Positions 56,836 through 64,000 of a DNA stretch of 64,000 nt are shown piece by piece (position 1 is the first letter of the stretch; every line of letters starts with the position of its first letter). The DNA lies in contig CAWGHO010000003.1 in NCBI GenBank assembly GCA_963822445.1, positions 1,184,001 through 1,248,000 of the forward strand, read 5' to 3'. The notes under the pieces were generated by a model. The model did not search any database. It was not told the origin of the DNA and saw nothing but the letters and a program-made list of their open reading frames with translations. This stretch comes from an uncultured Acidobacteriota bacterium (GTDB taxonomy: Bacteria > Acidobacteriota > Thermoanaerobaculia > Gp7-AA8). The position numbers and the translations under genes are program-made.

Positions 56836-59800
56836 TCCCTCCAGCCCCCAGAACTTCTCCGCCTTCACCGACGGCTGCCCCTCCAGGTTCTGCACGATCC
56901 CTTCGACGATCAGGCCGGAGTTGCGAAGGATCGTGCTGCGCTCGTCGGAGAAGAGGCGAGGGCTGACGATGGCCTGCGAGAGCCCGGTCTCGTCCTCGAG
57001 CGTGAGGAAGACGAAGCCTTTCGCGGTTCCCGGACGCTGGCGGACGATCACCGCGCCGGCCGTGGTCACGCGGCTGCCGTTGCGGGCCGTCTTCAACTGC
57101 GCCGCGGTGAGAATGCCCTGCTTTTTCAGGTGCGGACGGAAGTGCTCGAGGAGATGGCGGCCGGTGGTCAGCTCCATCGCGTTGTAATCGGCCATCGTCT
57201 CTTCGGCGGCGAGCATCTCCGGCAGCGGCGATCCCTTTGAATGTGATGTTTCCTCGAACAGCTCGCCGCCCGGTTTTGCCGCGTACGACGCCTGCCACAG
57301 CGCGGCGCGTCGCGTCAGACCGAACGATCCCAGCGCACCGGCGTACGCGAGCTTCGTCATCTGATCGTCGCGCAGGCGCGCACGGCGCGCGAGATCGTCC
57401 GCGGACGTGAACGGCTGCGCGGCCTCGATGCGCCGTCCCGTATCGGCGCGCAGCCCTTTCACGAATCGCAGGCCGAGGCGGACGGCGTTGTTTTCCCAGC
57501 GGCACATCCAGCCCGATTTGTTCACGTCCACCGGCAGGACCTTCGTCCGATGCCGCTGCGCGTCCTTGATCAATGTCGCCGGGTGGTAGAAGCCCATCGG
57601 CCAGGCATTGAGCAGCGAGATATAAAACGCCGCCGGATGATGCGCCTTGAGATACGCGCTGGCGTAGGCGATGAGCGCGAAGCTCGCCGCGTGCGACTCC
57701 GGGAAACCGTAAAGAGCGAAGGAAGTGATCGACTTGACGATCTGGTCCTGCGCCGCGATGCCGATCCCGTTCGTGGTCATGCCCGCGCGCAGGCGCTTCT
57801 CGATGTCCTGCATCCGCTCCATCGACCGCTTGAACCCCATCGCCCGCCGCAGCTCCTCGGCCTCACCGCCGGTGAAATTCGCCGCGACCATCGCGATCTT
57901 GAGAAGCTGCTCCTGGAACAGCGGAACGCCGAGAGTTCGCTCGAGGATCGGCTCGAGACAGGGATGGGGATACTCGACCGGTACCTTTCCCTGACGTCGA
58001 TCGAAAAACGGCTTGATCATGCCGCCGACGATCGGACCGGGGCGGATGATGGCCACCTGCACGACGATGTCGTAGAAGGTCTTCGGCGCGTTGCGCGGCA
58101 GGGAGGCCATCTGCGCGCGGCTCTCGACCTGGAACATGCCGATGGTGTCGGCCTCGTTCAGCATCTTGTAAACGGCGGGATCGTCCTGGGGCAGATGGGC
58201 AAGGTCAACTTCTTTACCTTCGCACCGGCGGATCATCGGAATCGCTTCCTCGATCGCGGCTAGCATCCCCAGTCCGAGGAGGTCCACTTTGATGATGCCC
58301 AGGTCCGCGCAGTCTTCCTTGTCCCATTGGCAGACCACGCGGCCGGGCATGGCCGCGGGCTCGAGCGGCACTACTTCGTCGAGGCGGCCCTTGGCCAGGA
58401 CCATGCCGCCGGAGTGCTGGCCGAGGTGGCGGGGGAGGTTCTGGATCTGGAGGTAGTGCCGCATGAAGTGCTGCACGCGGAGGTCGTCCGGATCGAAGCC
58501 GCTCCTGGCCAGTTCCTGCGGAAGGTTGTCGATCTGTTCGCGGATCTCGCCGAAGTGCCAGGTGCTCACGGTCTTGGAGAGCTTGTCGGCCTGCTCGAGT
58601 GAGAAGCCGAGAGCCTTGCCGACTTCGCGCGCGGCGGAGCGGTCGCGGTAGGTGATGACGTTCGCGGTCATGGCCGCGCCGTGCTTTCCGTATTTTTCGT
58701 AGACGTGCTGGATGACTTTCTCGCGCTGATCGCCGGACGGCAGGTCGAGGTCGATGTCCGGCCACTCGCCTCGTTCTTCCGAGAGGAATCGCTCGAAAAG
58801 CAGGTCCATCTTCACCGGATCGATGGCGGTGATGCCGAGGGCGTAGCAGACCGCGCTGTTCGCCGCGGAGCCGCGGCCCTGCACGAGGATCTTCGAGCGA
58901 TTGCAGAACTGAACGATGTCCCAGACGATCAGGAAGTAGCCCGCGAGCTGGAGCTTCTCGATCATGTTCAGCTCCTTCTCGATCTGCCGCTGCGCTTTCG
59001 CGGTCAGAGGGCGGAAGCGGGCGGTGGCCGCGTTCCAGGCGATCTTGCGGAGAAAGGAGTCGTTGGTCTCGCCGGGCGGCAACGGGTAGTCGGGGAACTG
59101 ATAGCCGAGGTCGGCCAGGGTGAAGTCGAGGGTGTTGGCGAGCTCCCAGGCGCCGGTGATGGCCGACGGGAGATCGGCGAAGAGCTTGTCCATCTCAGCA
59201 GCTGATTTGATGTGGCGCTCGCGATTGATGCCGAGGAGCTGGCCGGCTGTGTCGACGTTCCTCCCTTCGCGGATGCAGGTGAGGATGTCGTGCAGCTCCT
59301 TGTCCTCGGCACGCGCATACCGGACGCCGTTCGTCGCTACAAGGGGTAGACCGAGCTTTCCGGCTAAATCGACCAGCCGGACGTTGTGGTGTTCCTCCTC
59401 CCGATTGAAGTGCCGCTGCAATTCGACATGCGTGCGCCCGCTGAAGATGCCACTGATCTTGTGCACCGTGGCGTCGTCGGCACGGGTGAGGCAATGCAGC
59501 CCGGCGGCGTGCTGCTCGATGAGCTCCCAGGTGTAGCGGGCCTCGCCTTTGGGATGCTCGAGCGCCCCCGCAGTGAGCAACCGGCAGAGGTTTTTGTAGC
59601 CGGCGCGATTCTCGACGAGGAGGGTGATCGTCCTCGTCTCATCCATCCGCAGCTCGGAGCCGATGAGCGCCTTCACCCCGTTCTTCCTGGCCGCCGTGTG
59701 AAAGCGCGGCGCGCCATACAGGCCATTGGCATCGACGATGGCCATGGCCGGCAGATCTTTCTGGATGGCCTGGTAGATGAGGTCTTCGGGCAGGCTCGAC

Positions 59801-60054
59801 CCGTTGAGAAATGAGAAGGAGCTGGCCGCGCGCAACTCCGCGTACGGTCTGTTCGTTTTCTTCGGTTTCCTCTTCTTCGGCGGCGGCGCGTCCTCTTCTT
59901 CTTTGTACGTCCCGCCCCATTGCTCGTGAACGTAGGGGATGTGGTCGTACTCGCAGGAGAGCGGCACCGCCGCCGCGCGCTCCTTGACCTTCTCCTTCTG
60001 CGCACCGGGAGGGTGGTGGGTGATGGCGAGGGCGTCGAGGTCGCGGGTGGGCAT
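56803..60054 (-). CDS. dnaE2: Error-prone DNA polymerase III alpha subunit
   Basis: GRGSAANS, PDIDLD, FPESHA and RQRPGTAKG motifs; C-terminal SHDFH tail typical of DnaE2. Confidence 0.95.
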   Translation of the reverse strand: MPTRDLDALAITHHPPGAQKEKVKERAAAVPLSCEYDHIPYVHEQWGGTYKEEEDAPPPKKRKPKKTNRPYAELRAASSFSFLNGSSLPEDLIYQAIQKDLPAMAIVDANGLYGAPRFHTAARKNGVKALIGSELRMDETRTITLLVENRAGYKNLCRLLTAGALEHPKGEARYTWELIEQHAAGLHCLTRADDATVHKISGIFSGRTHVELQRHFNREEEHHNVRLVDLAGKLGLPLVATNGVRYARAEDKELHDILTCIREGRNVDTAGQLLGINRERHIKSAAEMDKLFADLPSAITGAWELANTLDFTLADLGYQFPDYPLPPGETNDSFLRKIAWNAATARFRPLTAKAQRQIEKELNMIEKLQLAGYFLIVWDIVQFCNRSKILVQGRGSAANSAVCYALGITAIDPVKMDLLFERFLSEERGEWPDIDLDLPSGDQREKVIQHVYEKYGKHGAAMTANVITYRDRSAAREVGKALGFSLEQADKLSKTVSTWHFGEIREQIDNLPQELARSGFDPDDLRVQHFMRHYLQIQNLPRHLGQHSGGMVLAKGRLDEVVPLEPAAMPGRVVCQWDKEDCADLGIIKVDLLGLGMLAAIEEAIPMIRRCEGKEVDLAHLPQDDPAVYKMLNEADTIGMFQVESRAQMASLPRNAPKTFYDIVVQVAIIRPGPIVGGMIKPFFDRRQGKVPVEYPHPCLEPILERTLGVPLFQEQLLKIAMVAANFTGGEAEELRRAMGFKRSMERMQDIEKRLRAGMTTNGIGIAAQDQIVKSITSFALYGFPESHAASFALIAYASAYLKAHHPAAFYISLLNAWPMGFYHPATLIKDAQRHRTKVLPVDVNKSGWMCRWENNAVRLGLRFVKGLRADTGRRIEAAQPFTSADDLARRARLRDDQMTKLAYAGALGSFGLTRRAALWQASYAAKPGGELFEETSHSKGSPLPEMLAAEETMADYNAMELTTGRHLLEHFRPHLKKQGILTAAQLKTARNGSRVTTAGAVIVRQRPGTAKGFVFLTLEDETGLSQAIVSPRLFSDERSTILRNSGLIVEGIVQNLEGQPSVKAEKFWGLEGLGDVASHDFH

Positions 60055-60055
60055 T

Positions 60056-60087
60056 GAATGCAGAAGGCAGAATGCAGAATGCAGAAA
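60056..60087 (+). repeat. Heptamer tandem array (GAATGCA x4, one variant)
   Basis: gaatgca gaaggca gaatgca gaatgca. Confidence 0.9.
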
Positions 60088-60097
60088 TGGCTGTGGG

Positions 60098-60448
60098 TTA
60101 ACGCGGGGGGCTGGCTTTGCGGAGGATCGTGGTGAGGATGGCCACGATCTCGTTTGCTTCCTGCGTCAACGGTGCGATGCGGGAGGGCTTTACGATCTCT
60201 GTTGCGGCGAGTAGGCGTAGCCAGTAGAGGCTTTCGCGCGCTTCCTTCAGTGCGACACGGCACTTGGCAATGAAGTCAGCCTTGCTCTGGCCGGCCTCGG
60301 CTTCCTCGAGGTTTGCGCCTACCGATGTTCCGGCGGAAAGAAGTTGGCCGAGAAGGGGCCGAACCGCGTTCCGCTGGCTGATCGAAGTCGTATAGAGCCT
60401 CACGACCCGACAAGCGAACCGAAACGTTCTCTCCTGAATCTCCTTCAT
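60098..60448 (-). CDS. Four helix bundle protein (23S rRNA IVP-like family)
   Basis: RT..FA, Q..SAGTSVGANLEEA, S..DF and KEARES.YWL motifs. Confidence 0.92.
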   Translation of the reverse strand: MKEIQERTFRFACRVVRLYTTSISQRNAVRPLLGQLLSAGTSVGANLEEAEAGQSKADFIAKCRVALKEARESLYWLRLLAATEIVKPSRIAPLTQEANEIVAILTTILRKASPPR

Positions 60449-60450
60449 CG

Positions 60451-60485
60451 TTCTGCATTCTGCATTCTGCATTCTGCATTCTGCA
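60451..60485 (+). repeat. Heptamer tandem array (TTCTGCA x5), inverted relative to 60056-60087
   Basis: Five perfect ttctgca units. Confidence 0.92.
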
Positions 60486-60602
60486 TTTCCCCATTCCTCT
60501 ACCTACCGTGGACAGCCTCCCCGTGAAACCTTCTACGAAGGCGTTCGTAACCCACTAACGTTTCTGGAATCCCACCGTCAGACACTCCGAAAGAGAACCC
60601 TC

Positions 60603-62657
60603 ATGACCTTCCGACCCTTGCTCGTCTCGCTCCTCCTCGCCTGCGCGACCCTCGCCTCCGCGCAGACCACCGCGCCCCCGCCCAACCCCGTCGAAGGTAA
60701 GAAAATCTTCCTGCCGGCGGACTTCACGCAGTTCGCGCCGCGCACCGCGCTGGACATGCTCAATCGCGTGCCGGGCTTCTCCATCAAAGAAGAAGATGGC
60801 GACCGCGGCCTCGGCGAGGCCAGCGGCAACGTCGTCATCAACGGCCAGCGCCTCTCCGGCAAATCGAACGACGTCATCACGGAGCTGAGCCGCATCCCGG
60901 CCGGCAACGTCGAGCGCATCGAGCTCGTCGAAGGGGAGACCCTCAAGATCACCGGCCTCTCCGGCCAGGTTGCGAACGTCATCGTCAAGTCGACCGGCAT
61001 CACCGGCCAGTGGGCGTACCGCCCCGAGTTCCGCTCGTACTACACCGATCCGCTCTTCTCGCGGTTCGAAGTGTCCGTCAGCGGAACGAAAGGACCGGTC
61101 CAGTACACCCTCGGTCTCGACAACCGCGGCAACCGCAGCGGCGCCGGCGGACCGACGTGGATCTTTCATCCCGATGGCTCGCTGATGGAAGAGCGCGACG
61201 AGCAGTGGCGCGGCAACGTCGAGCAGCCGCGACTCAGCGGCCGGTTCGTCTTCGATGCGCCCGGCGACGCGAAGGCCAACCTCAATCTGTTGTACGGCCG
61301 CCTGACCTACGACTACCTCGAAACCGGCACGCGCATCAGCGCGGACTCGGCGGACCTTTCACGAACGGTGACCGTGGACGAGCACGGCCACAACTACGAG
61401 ATCAGCGGCGACTACGAGCTGGCCCTCGGCAAAGGGCGGCTGAAGTTCATCGGCGTCGGCCGCGGCTCGCGGTATCCGAGCGAGGTCACGGTGATCGATC
61501 GGTTCGCCGATGAGGCGACCGCGGTCGGCGACCGTTTCACGCAGATCGGCGACGACCGGGAAATGATCGCCCGCAGCGAGTATCGCTGGACGACCGGCGG
61601 CTCGGAATGGCAGGTCTCCGCGGAGGGGGCGTACAACAGTCTCGATAACGTCTCGCGGCTCTTCGAAATGAACGCGAACGGCGGTTTCGACGAGGTCCAG
61701 CTCGAGGGCGGCATCGCCAAGGTCGAAGAGGACCGCTACCAGATCATGGGCAGCTACGGACGCTCGCTGTCCCCGACGTTGACGATGAAGCTCGCGGCGG
61801 GCGGCGAGTATTCACAACTCGCGCAGGTGGGCGCGGGCGGCACGACGCGCACGTTCTATCGTCCGAAAGGGGAGGCCTCGGCAGCATGGAAGGTCTCGCC
61901 GCGCACGGACCTGAACGTCAAGCTCGCGCGTCGCGTCGGTCAGCTCAACTTCTTCGATTTCCTCGCGTCGGTGGACGTGTCGAACGACGTGAAGACGGAC
62001 GCGAATCCCGATCTCGTTCCTGAACAGAGCTGGGACCTCGAGCTCGAAGGCGTTCGCAACCTCGGCACGCTGGGGTCGACGACACTGCGGCTTTACGGAC
62101 GGCTGATCGACGACATCATCGACTACGTTCCGATCGGCACGACCGGCCAGGCGCCGGGCAATCTCGATCACGCGATGCTCTACGGCATCGAGTCGCGCAG
62201 CACCTTCAACCTCGACCGGTTCGGCTGGACCGGTGCCCGTTTCGACGCGCACCTCGGCTGGCAGGACAGCGAAGTCGAAGATCCGCTCACCGGCGAGAAG
62301 CGCCCGATCAGCCGCAGCCTGCAGGAGTTCTTCAGCTTCGCCCTGCGGCACGACATAGCGAAAACGGATTGGGCGTGGGGAACGGGTTACTCGTATCAGC
62401 TCAACGCGAAGAACTACCGGCTCACCGAGGTCGGCAGACAGTGGGAAGGTCCCGTGTGGGGTGACGTGTACATCGAGAACAAAGACGTGTACGGCCTCAC
62501 GGTCCGCGCGGGCGTGTACAACCTCCTCGCCGCGGACAGCATGTGGGATCGCACCGTTTACGACGGCCGCCGGACGACGGGACAGGTCGCATTCGTCGAG
62601 CATCGCGACCGGCAGATCGGTCCGATCTTCTCGTTCCAGGTGCGCGGAAAGTTCTAA
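60603..62657 (+). CDS. TonB-dependent receptor-like outer membrane protein
   Basis: Signal peptide, plug motif DMLNRVPGF...NVVING, NPDLVPE and a C-terminal Phe. Confidence 0.88.
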   Translation: MTFRPLLVSLLLACATLASAQTTAPPPNPVEGKKIFLPADFTQFAPRTALDMLNRVPGFSIKEEDGDRGLGEASGNVVINGQRLSGKSNDVITELSRIPAGNVERIELVEGETLKITGLSGQVANVIVKSTGITGQWAYRPEFRSYYTDPLFSRFEVSVSGTKGPVQYTLGLDNRGNRSGAGGPTWIFHPDGSLMEERDEQWRGNVEQPRLSGRFVFDAPGDAKANLNLLYGRLTYDYLETGTRISADSADLSRTVTVDEHGHNYEISGDYELALGKGRLKFIGVGRGSRYPSEVTVIDRFADEATAVGDRFTQIGDDREMIARSEYRWTTGGSEWQVSAEGAYNSLDNVSRLFEMNANGGFDEVQLEGGIAKVEEDRYQIMGSYGRSLSPTLTMKLAAGGEYSQLAQVGAGGTTRTFYRPKGEASAAWKVSPRTDLNVKLARRVGQLNFFDFLASVDVSNDVKTDANPDLVPEQSWDLELEGVRNLGTLGSTTLRLYGRLIDDIIDYVPIGTTGQAPGNLDHAMLYGIESRSTFNLDRFGWTGARFDAHLGWQDSEVEDPLTGEKRPISRSLQEFFSFALRHDIAKTDWAWGTGYSYQLNAKNYRLTEVGRQWEGPVWGDVYIENKDVYGLTVRAGVYNLLAADSMWDRTVYDGRRTTGQVAFVEHRDRQIGPIFSFQVRGKF

Positions 62658-63485
62658 GTGAAGATGACCCGTCTGGCGATGTTGCTGGTCACCATCGTCG
62701 TCTCATGGACGATGGCGGCCGGCGACATCGAGGTCTGGGTCCGCGGAAAGCGTGTCGACGCAGGCGCGAAACGGCACCCGGATGAGCTCCGGGTGCTGTT
62801 CATCGGCAACAGCCTGACCTACTTCAATGAAATGCCCTGGCTGACCGAGGAGGTCGCGAAATCCCTCGGCGTGAAGCCGCTGCTGCGAACTCATTTCTCG
62901 GGACGGAGCGGCTCGACGCTCAAGCAACACTTCGAGCGCAGCCGGACCCTTCGCGCGATCCGTGAGGGTAAATACGCGTACGTCGTGCTGCAGCCGCAGA
63001 GCACGGAGATCGTGCGCACTCCCGCGGAGACGTTTCAGTACGCGAAGAAGCTGGACGAGGAGATCAAGCGGAGCGGTGCGAAGACGATCCTCTTCCTGAC
63101 GTGGGCGCCGCTGACCGCGTCGCACGACCAGGCCGCGTACAACCGCCAGTTCGCGAAGCTGGCGAAGGAGCTCGGCGCGCCGATCGCGCCGGTCGGCATC
63201 GCCTGGGACGCTTTGCGCAAGCACGGGGTGGAGATGTTCGACGAGGGCGGCCTGCACGCGAATCTCGCCGGCTCCTATCTCTCCGCCTGCGTATTCGTGG
63301 CGATGCTCTACAAGAAACCGCCGCTCAACGCCGTACACACCTTCGACGTGAAGTTCGCCGAGGAGCAGTTCTATCGCCATTCGCTGGTGAACGATCGCCT
63401 GAGCGACGCGACCGCCGCGAAGATTCAGCGCGCAGCGTGGGCGGTGGTGCAGGGCAAGATTGGCGGCGGCACGTGCAGTCGATGA
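62658..63485 (+). CDS. Secreted SGNH/GDSL hydrolase family protein
   Basis: LFIGNSLTY block I and GLHANLAGSY block V. Confidence 0.8.
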   Translation: MKMTRLAMLLVTIVVSWTMAAGDIEVWVRGKRVDAGAKRHPDELRVLFIGNSLTYFNEMPWLTEEVAKSLGVKPLLRTHFSGRSGSTLKQHFERSRTLRAIREGKYAYVVLQPQSTEIVRTPAETFQYAKKLDEEIKRSGAKTILFLTWAPLTASHDQAAYNRQFAKLAKELGAPIAPVGIAWDALRKHGVEMFDEGGLHANLAGSYLSACVFVAMLYKKPPLNAVHTFDVKFAEEQFYRHSLVNDRLSDATAAKIQRAAWAVVQGKIGGGTCSR

Positions 63486-63601
63486 ACGTGACCTCCTCGT
63501 CCACGGAACCCCGTTTGAGTGTCGGAGTGAGTGATGATCCGCACGAAGCCCGCTTGGAGGAGGTCGTTCTCTTAAGACACCCGGCCCGGAACTTTGTGGC
63601 G

Positions 63602-64000
63602 TCAGTTCGCGGATTTCGGCCCCGCTCTCGGTGGGACGCTCTCCAGGAACACTTTCTCGATCGACCAGGTAGCCGGCGTCGGCGGTGGCGTGGCACGATC
63701 GCCGGCGGCCGTGATCATCAGAAGCCGTTCGAGTGAGCTCGCGGGCTCCACGGCCCGGACGCCGTTCCATTCGAGGATCCAGGGGTTGGCTAGAGGTTCA
63801 TCAGTCGTGAGTAAAAAGTAGGTGTCGACGCCATAAGGCGGACTGATTGTGAACTCCGCGCTCTTTCCCAGATCGATCTCCACCGGGGGAGGTGCCGCGG
63901 GGAAACGGTTTTCGACCGATCCCTTTCGAGGAAACAACAGAACACTCCTGCCGTGGTTGTCGATGTTGAAGGCGTAGACGTATCGCGGCGTGACGCGCGG
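63602..64000 (-). CDS. C-terminal part of a larger protein (DUF4384-like domain, tentative), truncated by the window edge
   Basis: Frame is open from 64000: YVYAFNID..G...LLFP...PPYGVDTY. Confidence 0.5.
   Translation of the reverse strand, partial: PRVTPRYVYAFNIDNHGRSVLLFPRKGSVENRFPAAPPPVEIDLGKSAEFTISPPYGVDTYFLLTTDEPLANPWILEWNGVRAVEPASSLERLLMITAAGDRATPPPTPATWSIEKVFLESVPPRAGPKSAN

Noticed and set aside
63484-63569. Short inverted repeat (gacctcctc/gaggaggtc) after the SGNH gene as an ncRNA
   Set aside because: Only a 9-13 bp stem with a long loop and no recognisable family; insufficient support.

Overview
GC-rich bacterial chromosomal window; the gene content and repeat style are compatible with an Acidobacteria-like organism (inference only). 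From left to right it holds: (1) a secreted S8 protease with a beta-propeller insert and C-terminal IKLIWGG repeats, flanked by paralogous TPR proteins, an adenylate cyclase-ATPase-TPR protein and a peptide-binding lipoprotein; (2) a non-canonical Pel-like exopolysaccharide locus (PelF, PelG, GH, deacetylase, GNAT, GT2, TolC/HlyD) interrupted by a VapBC module and next to c-di-GMP signalling genes; (3) a ~4.9 kb integrase-less island bounded by a 45-bp direct repeat of the prs 5' end, carrying an ethylene-receptor-like hybrid kinase split at a slippery G-GGA-AAA site; (4) prs-rplY, then an AhpD-like gene with an in-frame CxxU UGA and a SECIS-like hairpin (probable selenoprotein); (5) two neighbouring RiPP clusters that each carry an RRE, an HPr-kinase-like protein and a nucleotidyltransferase: a radical SAM/SPASM cluster with a 59-aa 3-Cys precursor, and a lasso cluster with a 43-aa precursor whose predicted core starts with Glu (both precursors are absent from the ORF track); (6) dnaE2 preceded by a four-helix-bundle gene flanked by inverted heptamer arrays, a TonB-dependent receptor and an SGNH hydrolase. 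No rRNA, tRNA or CRISPR array was seen. All product calls come from motif recognition by eye; no database searches were run.
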